NCBI RefSeq assembly: GCF_009914755.1
Contig: NC_060947.1
Source: the human T2T-CHM13v2.0 reference genome, Homo sapiens
DNA: 64,000 nt
Direction: 5' to 3' (one strand)
Shown here: positions 13,253 through 29,262 of the stretch, piece by piece
Layout of the letters: each line of letters opens with the position of its first letter
How positions within the stretch are numbered: the first letter of the stretch is position 1
Position numbers and translations under genes: made by a program
The notes under the pieces: model-generated
The model's database searches: none
Seen by the model: only the letters and a program-made list of their open reading frames with translations
What the model was told of the DNA's origin: nothing

Positions 13253-14289
13253 GTAAGAAATTAGCACTTATTCTTCTAACTGGTTTTTCCTCCTACTCTA
13301 TTCTCTACCCTCACCCAACCGTTCCCCACCCAGCCAATGGCAGGCAGCCAGCTGTTCTTTAATTTAACCCTTTGTCTTTGCAGGGACAAAACACATTAGT
13401 TTAAAAAGAAGCTGCTGCTAGCTATAAGTTTAAATTATTTAAAAGTGGGGTTGTAGGAGAAGTAGGAAAATGCCATGCCAGCAGCATTTAAAAGAACTCC
13501 CTTCATTTAAATAAGTGATCATTGGGGGTTATATGCCAGGAGACAGGATATTTTTTCCCATTTGTGTTTTTCATTTGTTTCTGGCAAATTTCTATCATAA
13601 GATTCCCCACCATAAGGTTGGGGAGACAGATGTCACTGCCTCTCCAGCTTCATCTTCCCAATAAAAACTTTGTGATGTATGCAGTTTGAAAGAGCATATT
13701 TAATGTTACAGTGTTTATATTTGATACAATATAAACATTGAGAAGGAAAACGCCTGTTTTAATAATATGAACTACCTGAGAGCAAAGCTCAGTAGTATCT
13801 TAGCTGATGTATTACATCTCTCATGAACTTGTGAATTCCTACCACATACAAAGTTATGTTTTATTTTGAGCGGAGTTGCGGTTTGTGCCCTTTGGAGGGT
13901 TTAGGAGTCTCCACGGGTATGTGGGATTTTTATTGTTATCAAAAGTGAGTGTGGGTTTAAGAAATGATAGACAAACACTACCAAAATTGGCCTGTGACCC
14001 ACAAAAAGTTAAAGACCACTTAAATGGAGTGGAATGAAATAGCTTGAATATCTAGAAATATTCAGCAGGTTGGTTAGTTGGTGGTCTAATGTATCTTTTA
14101 AAAATGTTTCATTGTGTTGGTTGTGACTTTATGTAGGCACACAAATGTAACAAGTAGTTTCCATGTATAAAGATTATCAATGAGAAGACATTTATGGAAA
14201 CGGGATTTGGCCTGTATGCTTCCTTTGACTCACACAATGGGCATTTATCAAGAGCAGTTTGGATATTCTTGCTTAAATCCTGAGACATT

Positions 14290-15085
14290 ATTTCATTCAA
14301 CAAACGAAATACAGAGATGAATAAGTTGCAGGATGCTAGAAGATTCCTTGTCATCTAAAGACAGACATACAAACAAATAATTTTGCCATGTTGAATAAGT
14401 GTTAGAATAGAGAGGTACAAAAAGCAAGGGAAGCCCCGAGAAAAGCTTGATGAAGTCTGAGTTTTGAGCTGGTCTAAAAAAATGAGTAGGAGCAAATGAG
14501 AGAATTGCATTCTGGGCAGACAGAGCAGCACTGTTTGGGAAGTTCCAAGTTGCTCTGTTTGCCTCATGTGAGATGTGTAGGGGCGCGACCTCAGATGAAG
14601 CAGGGAAGGTAGTTGGAGGCCAGATAATAAAGAGCCTTGTATGTTCTAGGAAGGATTTTACACTTTATCCTGAAGACAAAGATTCTAAACAGGGAAGTAA
14701 CATAATCAGATTTTGTTTTAGAAAGATTACTTTGGCAGCAGTGCTGAGCTGGAAATGATGAAAACTGGGAGTCAGTCAGGAGGTTTCTGGAATAGTTTAG
14801 GGGAGAGATGGTAAGGGTCTGAGCAGAAGCAGGGGCAGTAAGGTTAGAATGGGATTCTAGAATGTTCTGTGACTGGATGTGGCAAGAAATGGGCCTGGAT
14901 TAACTACCAGCTTGGGTGCCTGGGGGCCACTGGTGCCATTCTCTGAGATGGGGAGCATGGGAGGCAGCTGATGGGCATGGGGGTGGTGCACTGGATTTGG
15001 ATGACCTGTTTGGGTTGAGACACCTATGTACTGTCAGGTCAATGTTTCAAAGACAGTTTTGAAAGTACAGAACTGATATTGGCAC
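14290..15085 (-). mobile_element. LINE-2
   Basis: TTCATTCAACAAA 3' end, then reverse-complement L2 body (TTTAGAAAGATTACTTTGGCAGCAGTG). Confidence 0.72.
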
Positions 15086-15579
15086 AGATGGGGATCTAAA
15101 GTTTTGTTCCTAATGATGCATAAAGAGCTTGTATTTTTTTCTCTGTAGTTAATGGAAATGTCATTACTAGTTAATGATTTATTTTACAATAAAAACATTT
15201 TAATGTTTAACAACTCTTAATCAAAATGTCATATTTTCATAGTAAATAATGTATTTTGCAAGCCCAGGCCCTGAAATCAGATGTGCTTAAAATTACATTG
15301 AAGTGAAACCTCATTTTTCCAGCATTAGTGAAGAGGGGAGTATTCTATATAAGTAAGCTCTTTGGATAACTGCAGCTTATCCTTTGTTTTGGCTAACCTC
15401 TGAAGTAACCAGCAAAGTACGATGATAGTTTGGAAGCAGTGTGGTATGATAGTTAAATGTGTGGGTCTGAGTTCTACTCCATTGGTTCTGTCACTTGGTA
15501 GCTACGAGGCCTTGGGCAAGTAACTTAATCTCTCTGTGTGGAAGTTTTCTCCTTTACAAAATGGAGATAGTAATATAAC

Positions 15580-16245
15580 TCATCCCATTGCTGAGTATAT
15601 AGCCAAAAGAAAGGAAATCAGTATTGAAGAGAGAGCTGCACTCCCATGTATATTGCAGCACTACTCACAATAGCCAAGATAGGAAATCAACTTAAGTGTC
15701 CATCACTGGATGAATGGATAAAAAACATGTGTTACATATATTCAACAAAATATTATTCAGCCATAAAAAGAATGAAATCCTGTCATTTGCAGCAACATGG
15801 ATGGAACTGGAAGTCATTATGTTAAGTAAAATAAGCCAGGCACAGAAAGATAAATACTGCATATTCTCACTCATATGTGGGAGTTAAAAAATGTGGATCT
15901 CATGAAGGTAGAAAGTCGAATGGTGGTTTCCAGAGGCTGGGAAGGGAAGGAGTTTGGGGAATGAAGAGAAGTGGGTTAATGGTTATAAACATACAGCTAG
16001 AGAGAAGGAAAAAGTTTTAGTATTCAATAGTACAGTAGGGAGACTACAGTTAACAATAATTATATATTTCAAAATGGCTTGAAGTAAAAAATTGGAATGT
16101 TTCTAACACAAAGAAAAGATAAATGTTAGAGGTGATGAATATCCCAGTTACCCTGATTTGATCATTACACATTGTATACGTGTATCAAAATATCACATAT
16201 ACCCCCCAAATATGTACAGCTATTATATATCAATTTTTGAAAAGG
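15580..16245 (+). mobile_element. L1MA 3' end inserted into a MIR
   Basis: GAAATCCTGTCATTTGCAGCAACATGGATGGAACTGG..CCCTGATTTGATCATTACACATTG; MIR text on both sides. Confidence 0.85.
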
Positions 16246-16577
16246 GAGAAAAGTAGAACACCTGATAGGCTTGGTGTGAAGAGAAATTAAGCTAATATAT
16301 GCAGAGCACTTGGAACATAGTAAATGCCATATAAGTGTATGCCATTATTATAATAGTAAAACATTTAGAATATTGTGTAGCATATAATAAGTGCTCAGTA
16401 AAATTTAGCAATAGCCGTTATTACTACTATCACTATTATTTTCTTATAACCTGGGGTGGGACTGGGACCTTGTTCTGTGGAGGTAATTTTAGGTTGTCCT
16501 TGGAAGCCCTGTCCTGTGGTTGTCTGGGTCTTTAAGTAGAAGTTTAGACTTGAAAAGATTCTTAGAAAACATCTAGC

Positions 16578-16896
<319 letters not shown>

Positions 16897-17734
16897 TTAA
16901 GTGATATGCCCAACGTCAAACAGGTAGTAGTTGATCCTAGAGCTAGTATTAAAATCCAGGTCACCTAATTCCCTATTCCAGTATTCTTTCCGTGGGCTCA
17001 TGGAAGAGGCAATGTGTGAGTCTGTTCTCAGCTCAAGGAAGCTTCTGAGTCAGTCTGTAGAGCTTGTTGAGGAACCCTAAGGGCTACAGGAGCCCAAATC
17101 TCCTTAGGTTCTTGGCTCATTGCTGTCTGGTTCCTCCATGGAGAATTTGATCTGAATTCCCATACCTCTTAAATGGGGCCAACATTATTTTGACTTCACT
17201 TAATGGAGCCCTCTAATATATTTTCTGGCCACTTTAAACAGTGTACTGAGCATAATTTAATATTTTTGATAACTCAGGGTTATCATTAATAACCTCCAGC
17301 CAGTTTGAGGTTGGAGACTTGTGTTGTCAGGTGTTGTTTATTTATTCCATTAACATTTATTGAACACTACTTGTGCAGCAGGCACTCTGCTGGGCCCTAG
17401 AGACGCAATGGTCAGTGGAAACAAGTATGGTCTCTACTGTAATGGAACTTAAGAACCAGGATAAAGGTAGCACTTCAAATTAATGAAATGATTTATTTAA
17501 CACATATGCTGAAGTAATTTGGAAAAAATGACAGCATAAATTTAGAAGGGTTAATATAATGTTTCTTAATAAAGGAGGGGACATCAGAATTACCTGTAGT
17601 GCTTTAAAAAATATTCCTACTCAGGTCCCCATTCCCCCAAATTGTGATTCAGTCTTAAGACCTGAGCATTACAATCCTGTTTTGGAACTGCTGCAATAAA
17701 TATAGGTTTTTTGTTTTTTTTTTTTTTGGAGAAG

Positions 17735-18490
17735 GCGATGATAAAGGAACTCAAAAAATATGGAAGACTATATATATAATCTTGGGGATAGGGAAGATAT
17801 TTGTGTGCATAATATCAAAGGTAGAATAATAAGGAAAAAGATTAATATAATCAGTTATATGAAAATTTAAAATTTCTGCACAAACCATAAATAAAGTTAA
17901 TGAGAAAACTAGAAACAATTGCAGCAAGATTTATTATCTGTAACACAAAGACTTAACAGGGGGATAAGAAAAAAACAAGTATTTTACTAGAAAAATGTAC
18001 AAAGGACGAGGGAAAATGTGCAAAGGAAAATACATCAAAGAAGAAATGCAAATGGCCAGTAAACATGTATCTCAGTAGCAGTCAAATAAAGGGGAATTAG
18101 AATGGCATACCATTTTCTCCAGTATAATTTGCAAAGATTAAAAAGGAATGACAGAACTCACTGTTGGCAAGGACTCAAGGAAGCAGATGTTCTCATACAC
18201 TTGTGGTGGGAATGTCAGTTTGGCAATATTTATTAAAAGCTTTAAAAAATATGTTTACCTTCTGACCCAGCAATTCATTTTCTTGGAATTTATCCTAAGG
18301 AAGTAATTAAGGGTATGCACAAAGATGTATCAATAAGGATATTAATTGCAGCATTTTCTATAATGGGAAAAATTGAAAACACTTGCATTTTGATGCATCC
18401 ATACAATGGAATATGGTAATTACCAAAAATGATAATGTAGAGTTCTATTTAGTAACACAGAAATAGGTTCATAACATAATGTTAAACCCA
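17735..18490 (+). mobile_element. L1ME-like ORF2/3' fragment
   Basis: Degenerate GAAATGCAAATGGCCAGTAAACAT, TGACCCAGCAATTC motifs. Confidence 0.65.
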
Positions 18491-18540
18491 GGGGTCAGGG
18501 AGTGGGGGAGCAGGGAAAAGCAGATTCCGAACTGTTGATA

Positions 18541-18776
18541 CAGTCATCCCTCCATGTGCTCGGGGGATTTGAAGACCCCAAGTATACTAAAATCCTAGCA
18601 TACTCAGGTCCTGCAGTTGGCCTTACAGAACCTGCATATAGGAAAATTTGGCCTTCCATATTCATGGGTGTCATATTCTGAGATTACCGTATTTTCCATC
18701 TGTGCATTTGGTTGAAAAACATCTGCGTGTAAGTGAACCTGTGCAGTTCAAACCCGTATTGTTCAAGGGTCAACTG
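18541..18776. mobile_element. MER2 (Tigger-derived MITE)
   Basis: CAGTCATCCCTC start and GTTCAAGGGTCAACTG end. Confidence 0.78.
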
Positions 18777-18921
18777 TCATTAAAAGTATGGACTCTGGGC
18801 TTAAATCTGAATTCAAATCCCAGCTACACCTTTATCAGCTGTGTGCTGTTGGGTATATTACTTGTCTTAGTGTTCCTTGATTTCCCCATCAGTAAAATAG
18901 GGATAAAATAGTAGCTAACCT

Positions 18922-19088
18922 AATAGTTCCTAGCTAGTGTGCCCAAAGATCACCTGGTGATCTTTCCAAACTTCCCAAGCCTAGGCCTCACTCAGCCAAT
19001 TAAATCTGAATCTCTGGGGACGGGACAGAGAACAGTATTTTTGAAGTTCCCCAGGTGATTCTAATGTGCAAACAAGTTTGAGAAAGCC
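18922..19088. mobile_element. MER5A inserted in a MIR
   Basis: GAATCTCTGGGGACGGGAC..CCCAGGTGATTCTAATGTGCA..AGTTTGAGAA. Confidence 0.7.
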
Positions 19089-19540
19089 GAGCAGTTGTTG
19101 AGGTGATTGTTGAAGGGATTAAATGAGAAAATCACAGTGCCTGTCATGTGGTAAGTACTCAATACATGGTAACTATTATTATTATTGTTGCTATTTAAAA
19201 ATTATTAATAGTATGATCCCATTTTAATTTATGTGTTTGTGTCCATGTATGGATAGTATAAAAAAAAGTCTGAGAGGATATATGCAAAAGTATTTTAAAA
19301 AAGAAATTATAGTTGACTTTATTTTTGCTTACATGTATCTTTCCACTTTTCTGTAAATATCATGGATTGTTAATTTTAAAAAGTATAATTTCTGAAGGAA
19401 ATATCAGATATATGTACCCAGCTTTATATGCTAAGGTATTTATAGTGAAAAAACTGAAGACATAGTTTTCATACTAGGGGAATGTAAGTATATTATGATA
19501 GTTCCAAACAGTATAATATCTGGCCATTAAAAATAAAGAC

Positions 19541-19860
19541 TAGCTGGGTGTGGTGGCTTACACCTGTAATCCCAGGACCTTCGGAGGCCAAGGCAGGAGG
19601 ATTGCTTGAGTTCAGGAGTTCAAGACTAGCGTGGGCAACATAGATTCCATCTCTACTAAAAGAAAACTTTTTTTTTTTTTTTGAGACAGAGTTTTGCTAA
19701 CTAGCCAGGCATGGTGGTGCACACCTGTCGTCCCAGCTACTCGGGTGGCTGACATGGGATCACTGGACCCCAGGAGACTGAGGCTGTAGTGAGCTATGAT
19801 CTCGCCACTGCACCCCAGCCTGGGCAACAGATTGAGACCCTGTCTCAAAAAAAAAAAAAA
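19541..19860 (+). mobile_element. AluJ with an inverted Alu-tail fragment in its linker
   Basis: Dimer; T-run+GAGACAGAGTTTTGCT inserted at ~19668-19698; TSD AAAGACT. Confidence 0.88.
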
Positions 19861-19875
19861 GACTGATGCTGTGGG

Positions 19876-20225
<350 letters not shown>

Positions 20226-23200
20226 TGAAGATAAGTACAGAAAGAAAGGAAATGATCCAAAGTTGTTGCACTGGCTGTCTCCAGATGATGGGATACAGTT
20301 ACTTTTATCTTCCTTTTTTTATACTTTTATTTACTTTCAATTTTTATGCAATAATGTGTATAACTTTTATAACAGAAAACAAGTGATTTGAAAATGAGAT
20401 ATAAGAGTCAGTAGACTCTCAACAAGTACCTGGCAGCAAGGAGCGCAGCATGTGTGGCCCCCTGGACAACTGCTTAGCCACTCTGTGTCCCCTTCTACGT
20501 TCCAGCAAAAGAGCAAAAGAGAAGAAACCAGGCCCCTGAGGGTTTGGTTAGAACAGGTTTTTTGCTATTAATACTTCCTCAAGTACTCTTGTAATTTTTG
20601 GCTGTCTCTCCCATTGACTACAAAAAACTCTTGGAAGATGTGCAAAAGATGGCAAATTACACTGTATCTAATGTAGAGGTTGCAGAATAAGGTGAGGTGG
20701 CAAAATATACGTCAGGCTAAGTGTGAAAATAAGGCAGAGGAAAATCAGAATAAAATAGTTGCAATGAGAAACTGTTCTTCAAATTGAAAGGAAGTATATG
20801 TTTTGACTGTGCAGATTTTTTTTTGGCACATTGCAGTGTATTTGTAAACACTCTGGTGATTTAGCCAACACATGGGAGGTGGGGAGCAAGAGGGAGCCTC
20901 ACAAAGCAGTGGGTGAATTGACGAGAAAGCTTTAGTGTGAAATCTGGGTAGCCATGTGGCTTGCTAATTGGACCACTATCACCTAAGAGAAGCCATCTGG
21001 TCCTGCTTGTTGACCGAAACAAAAGTAGGTAACTCTTGAAAGAAAGTCAGGTTGTTAGAGCAGGAATAAAGAAGCAGGCAGCCTCCACCCCCAGCCCCTT
21101 TTCCTCTATCTGGCACAGTGCCTCACCTACAGCAGGTACTCAAGAAGCGAATTCTTTGTCAATTAAAATAATAAAGAAATAAATTTAAAAAATTTAAAAA
21201 GAAATGAGTTCGTTGTCTCTCTTCACCTTTTGCCTTTCCATAACTCTTCAGTGGGGAGAAATTGGTGGGGAATGGATTCTGATGGAAGTCATTGAATAGA
21301 GGGTAAACGAAAACAACCTTTCAAAAAATTATTCTCTAAGAGTCAGTTATTCTTTCCCAAGCACACAGTTGTGGAGGGAGCACAGGTCTTGGAGTGCGAT
21401 AACCTGAATCTGAACCCAGGTCTGCCATTTGGTAGCCAAGGTTATTTAAACTCCAGAAGCCTCAATTGTCACATCCGGGGTCAAGTGTCATGTCTGGAGA
21501 CAGACTCCCTGGATTTGTATCCTGGCTCTGTCACTACTAGCCATGTGACTTTGGGCAGGTTATTTAATCTCTTTGTGCCTTACCTTCTTCATCTGTAAAA
21601 TGGGGTTAATACTAATACCTACTCAGGATTATTGGGAGGATGTAGTGTAGTGAGTGAATACAAATGCAGCAAAGCACTTGCACATGCTGGCCTTTATAAT
21701 ATGTGAAAGGTTATGATAATATTTACTGCACGTGCTTCTAGATGAGAGTCAGTCATCAGAATGCCTGGTCCATTATAGCTGTTCTGATTGGATTATAAGT
21801 TTTGGCATGAAAAATAAAATTAGGTATATTATTAAAGAGATTTTTAAACTGGAAGGGGTCTTCAGAGGTGATCTGTTTCAGATGTATAATCTTGCAAAGG
21901 AAGAAACTGAGGCCCAGTGAGACTTATTTTAGGCCACACAGCTGTCACATCGTACCCAAAGCCAGGACTAGACCCTGGGGCTCCTGATAATCAGTGCTGC
22001 CCAGCCCGCTCTTTCTCTGTCAATCTGTCTACCTATTTGGTCCTACTGCATTGCACTGCCTTCCCCAGGCTTGGGTATCTTACAGTTTTCTGTTGAATCT
22101 TAGTCTTTTCCTACTATGCTTTACTGCTACCGTGAAACGTTTAGTTTTTTTTCTCCCCTCAAAAATAGGTTTTCCATTGAGGCTTCCAGGATGTTTTTTT
22201 TCCCCTTCTTCTCACTATGTTAGCTTATGAAATAAACTATAAATTCTTATTATTTAACCAGAATTATGATTCAGCTTCCTGTTTCATGTAATGCTGTTCT
22301 GTGTGTCAAGGGTTGGGGGAGGCAGGACTAGAAAGTTTCATTATTGGTGGCTACGAATGCCAGATTCTCCTTCTTCTTTTCCTTCCTACCTTCTCTTAAC
22401 TACCCAGTATTTATAGACCCATGGTCAGGCCAAAGAAGCTGTTGAGGAGTTAATAGTATGAAGTGTCTCCCTTAGTAATGTCATATTTTGATGATTTTCA
22501 ACCCAATACCATTCTGGCATTAGGTGGCAATTTATTATATTTATTTAGGATTTCTGCCCTGACTACATCCAGGAGGAACATAGAACAACACAGAAATTAA
22601 AACATAGAGCAATTAGAAATAAATGCAGGACAGGGACCATCCAGTGGAAATGAAATCGATATTACTAGGCATGTGAGATACTAGACACTGAAGTTTTCTC
22701 TTTCTTTTCTTCTGTGTCCCTCCTTCCCAAAGACAAGCACGATAAGTTACATCGTTGACATCTTCTGGCCAAAAAACGTGTTCAGATGCAAAAGAAAACC
22801 CTGGCTCTGTCTATGCTAAATCTTCTGGCCCTTCCACTGCCCTCCCTTTGGTCTGGCCTTACCTGTGGCCACCTGTGACTCAGCACTGAATATTCCCAGG
22901 TTGAAATCATGATCTTTCCTGTTTAGCTTTGAGAATGGTGAGAGACAGGTAGGCAAGAGAGTTCCTGCCATCCAAATTCTCAACTCTGTCAAGCTATTCT
23001 TTTCCTTGGGTCCTGTACCCCAGTAATACACAATAATAACAGAGTTTCCTTATCTTACATTCCTCTGTATTGAATAATTGTACCACCATGGACCCAGATG
23101 TCAAAGCCCAAATTCTAAGAGACACCATGCATTTCTTGCTCCCCCTTACCTGCAGTCCACCCCTGCTGGCCTAGATCATTTCAGTTGGTAACATTCCTAG

Positions 23201-23309
23201 CAACTACCTGCTTATCTTTCAGCCATGAGCTTTTCCTGAAGCCTCCCCGATCCTCTGGTAAAATTGGCTTCTGGCTCTATTGTATGGTCCTTGAGGGCAT
23301 TGACTGCAC

Positions 23310-23960
23310 TTGTTCAATATTTTTGTTCTCACATCTGCTGTGTGCCAGGCAGGCACTGTGTTGGGTGGATGCTGGGGTTAAAGCAGTGAATACAAAAGTC
23401 ATGATCCCTGCCCTCTTAAGCCTTGCAGTCTCATGGGGGAGTTGGAGTGCAAATAAATACACAGATATTTTCTTATAAAGTGTTGTGAGTACTAGAAAAG
23501 TCAAGTCCTATGAAAAAGAATAGTAGAGACTGAATTTATAGAGAGAAGAAGGGAATGGGAGGAAGTGACAAGTTCATCTGAGACCTGAAAGATGAGGAGG
23601 AGTTATCCACGCAAAGAGTTGGGGGAACAGCATCCCAGGCAGAGGAGACAAGGTGGAAATCCCTGAGGTGGGAAGAATCCCTGGGTCCTTTCCCAGCATG
23701 GTCCATTGCAGCAGGACCATAGTGAATGAGGCATAAAGGGACACATGATAAAATTGGAAAGGTGGGCAGGGGACAGGCCACACAGGGTTTTATAGGCCAT
23801 GTTACCAAGTACCCTAACTTGGTAACATGAAGGCCTTGGAGATAGATTGGATATGGCAGAGTGACCAGTGAATGAATGGGGAGTGTCTCATTCATCTTCT
23901 CATACCAAATACCTGGCAGAGAGTGCCCAGCACATAGTATGTGCTCATTGAATCTTTCTT
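23310..23960. mobile_element. Two oppositely oriented L2 fragments
   Basis: Minus-type GTGCCAGGC..GATCCCTGCCCTC to ~23800; plus-type 3' end GTGCCCAGCACATAGTATGTGCTCA at ~23920-23950. Confidence 0.6.
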
Positions 23961-24878
23961 TAATGAGTAATAACTGCCTTGCCTTCCTATCAGGATTGCC
24001 ATGGAGATTAAATGAGATAAAGTATGCTAAGGTGCTTTGCAAAATAATTCACTAGATTCTATGTAGTGATGCTTATAGGTCTTCACTGTCACTAGGAACC
24101 ACATCCCCCCAACCCCATTCTCTGTTAAACTAGCAAAATCTTTCAATTAGTTCATCCCATGCCATGAACATGCTGATGTACTGTGTTCTTACATATTCAA
24201 TGTGTCTCTTTGATCAATGCCTTTAACTAATTATGGGTGAGTGGAAACTCCCTTATATCACACCATTTTGTGGCACTCCTGGTGTTAGAGATAATTATGG
24301 GTAGTGGTGCCAGGAGCAGTATAGCTTTCTCTTCTATGCTAAATCTACTTCTAAATCTCTCAACCTATAATAATTCATTATTTAGGAGCTGGGTTAATAC
24401 TGAGGAATAGCATTCTTTGAATTTGCGTTTGGATGGGGCAAGGCTAATCATATCAGGATGTGGTTGGTACCAATTATGGCACTTGGTTTTCTAGACTGTT
24501 AAAAGACATAACAAAATGATCAGTGTTTTGCTATTTTTATGTTAAATATCTGTTCCCTATTTAAACTGCAAGAACTTCAGATGATTGACTGAAAAGTCCA
24601 GCTCCGTGCACTGTTGGTAGGCATATAAGTTGGTAGAATCCATTAGAGCGCACTTTGAAAGACTTTTTCAAAATGTAACTTGTACAACTTTTGTCCCAAT
24701 GAATCTTCTCAAAAGGAACTGCATGAAGGTCACTTGTTACAAGGATCTTGGTTGCCTTCTAGTTGCCATCTTTTTACTATCAACAGTCTTATTAATGTAC
24801 AGCATGAGAGACCAGTCATGTTAATTATGATATTTACATACTATGGAATGCTGTTCATTTCATTTAAAAGAGTAAAGT

Positions 24879-25011
24879 AGCCTGGACGTGGTGGTTCACG
24901 CCTGTAATCCCAGCAATTTAGGAGGCTTAGGTGGAAAGATCACTTGGGATCAGGAGTTTGAGGCTGCAGTGATTGTGCCACTGCACTCCAGCCTGGGTGA
25001 TAGAGTAAGAC
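24879..25011 (+). mobile_element. Monomer-length Alu (FAM/FRAM-like or arm recombinant), no poly(A)
   Basis: ~130 bp Alu monomer between AGTAAAGTAG direct repeats. Confidence 0.75.
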
Positions 25012-26043
25012 AGTAAAGTAGATGTACATATAGTGACAGGGAATGGTGTCCAAGATAAATTTTTAAGTGAAAAAAGGGGTGCAGAATGGTATATATTATA
25101 GGATCCCACTTGTTCAACACAAAGAAGGGAGGTATTATTTAAGAATTCGTGTATATGTGTTCTTGCATATGCTTAGAAAATTTCTAGGATGACGCACAAG
25201 AAACAGTTGTCAGTTACCTTGGAGATTAGAGGTGGCAAGGCTAGGGATTTTAGTTTTCACTTGACACCTTTCTGTACACTGCTCGACTTGTTTACAACAA
25301 CCTGTAAAACCTTTAAATACTAAAATTTAAATAAAAACTTTACCTCACTAGATTATTTCCTCGACAATTTATACTAAGAAATAAAAGGAATATTAGTGGT
25401 TGAGGTGAGAGATCAGGTCTGAAGCAAAGGAGGCTGACTCTGATAAAACCAAGGGCCTCTAAAAGCTACCTCTGTGGCCAGAGGACTTAGGAGAGATGTT
25501 GCTTTGTTAAAGCGTAATGCTAAGAAAACAAGTAAGATTAAATTGGGTAAAAATTACTTTATTAGTTTTTTGATGAAACAGTTGTAATCATATCATTAGT
25601 TTTGATCTCTGGGTATATTAATAACTAAACAGCATAGTAATTGTATTCCAGACTACAATTTAAAAATTAAATGTTTCAATGTGTAGAATAATAGCTGTTT
25701 TTCTTGTTTGATTTGTTTAAATGTTGCAAGTGAATGCTAAGCTACAATTTCTTGAGCTTTTTACTTAAGGACCTGAGGAAAAATGCAAGTATAATCTTAT
25801 GCTTGAAGTAGAGAAGATATAAATTACCTAATATTTACCTGATAATGTTTGGATTAAGTTAAATCTTCAAATTCTTAAGGCCCCTTCTAGCTCAGTCTCC
25901 CCCAAAAAGAGGGTTTTTGTCTGAGATACAAGAAGTCAAAGGGTTGTCTGTCAGAATGTCCTCTTGGTTTGGCATAATGAAGAGAGTTCCTTCACCCAGT
26001 TGTGGATGTTCAGAGACAAGAGTCACTATCCTGTGTTAAGTGA

Positions 26044-27721
<1,678 letters not shown>

Positions 27722-28978
27722 GTTGCCCGGTAGTCTAACTTTGTCATTTATTCCTTTGTGCTTTGTGGTATCTCTTACATTTATCACTTCCTTTAAATTC
27801 CAAAGTTAGCATCTTATATACAGGTACTTAGAATGTTCTACATGAATCTTATTCAGCAATCTCTTAACTCATCACCCCAATTCCAGTCTCTTTTTTCCAT
27901 CTGTCCTGCATAGTTCTGACCATGACAGCTCTCTGCCCAAAGCCCTTCAATTGCATCCCACTGTATATGGAATGAAGTATGAATCTTTTAGTTTTGAAGC
28001 CAGAATTGGATTCAAATCCTAGCTCCACCAACTCCTAGCTATGTGATGTGAGGCCTCATTTTGTAACGTGTTAAATGGGAATAATAACAACTGCCTCATA
28101 GGTCCTGGTTTTCCTGGGCCCCTGTTTATTCCTATTCCATCTGATTCATACTCCACTCTCCAAAGTGTCCTGGTTTTGACAATTAAATCATTTGGTCAAT
28201 AAAGGGTTGTTACGAAGAGTTAATGAGACAATGTATATAAATATAACAGGCCTGGCATGACACTTTCATGTTCCCTCAAATGTACCTGGTACTTTGCTGA
28301 CTGAAATCATATCTCTGACATCTCCAGCTACAGAAGAACCTACCCATACTGCATGGTCTTCCTCAGATGCTACCTCCTCACCTTCGTCTAACTTCTGTGG
28401 TAGTCCACAACTCTCTAACCATGTCTCTAACATAAGTTTGGGTTATGGTTATTAGTGCACATGTTTTAACTTCCTCAGAGACTAGCTTTTGGAAGGACGG
28501 TATCTGCTTCTGAATCTTCTTAGTCCCACCCATAATACCTAATAGTGTCTTCCACACAGAAGATACAAAATCACTTATTTAAATTTAGAAAGAATATAGC
28601 ATTTTGGCTACAGGATTGTATTTCACTTACCCACGGGCTTTATTCAAGCCTCTGCTTTCTCACTCCCTTGAAATGATTTCACTTGCTCGTTAGGGCCACA
28701 GCAAGAGTACTCTAATAGGAAATTTCTTTCACAGCTGGCCATTACCTTGATTGATTGGGGGTGGCAGTGAAGAAGGGATTCTGGGAGCTATGGTCCTAGA
28801 AATACAGAATAACTAAAAGCACAGGTTCTAGAGCCAGACTGCCTCAGACTCAGGCTCTACCAGTTACAATTTCAGAATACTACCCAACCACTTTATGCCT
28901 CAGTTCCTATCTGCTATACCATTACTGGAAAGATTAAATGAGATAATCCATGTAAAGCACTTTTAAAAGCACATGGTA

Positions 28979-29262
28979 GGCTGGGTGTGGTGGCTCACAC
29001 CTGTAATCCCGGCACTTTGGGAGGTCAAGGCGGGTGATCACTTGAGACCAGTTTGAGACCAGCCTGGCCAACATGGTGAAACTCCATCTCTATAAAAATA
29101 CAAAAACTAGCCAGGCGTGGTGGTGCATGCCTGTAGTCCCAGCTGCTTGGGAAGCTGAGGCATGAGAATTGCTTGAACCCAGGAGGCAGAAGTTGCAGTA
29201 GCCCAGATCATGCCACTGCACTCCAGCCTAGGTGACAGAGCAAGACTCTGTCTCAAAAAAAA
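28979..29262 (+). mobile_element. AluS within a MIR
   Basis: Dimer; TSD AAAAGCACATGGT. Confidence 0.9.

Noticed and set aside
15170-15182. HNF1-like site GTTAATGATTTAT
   Set aside because: Plausible for a kidney gene, but a two-mismatch AT-rich match is not supportable from sequence alone
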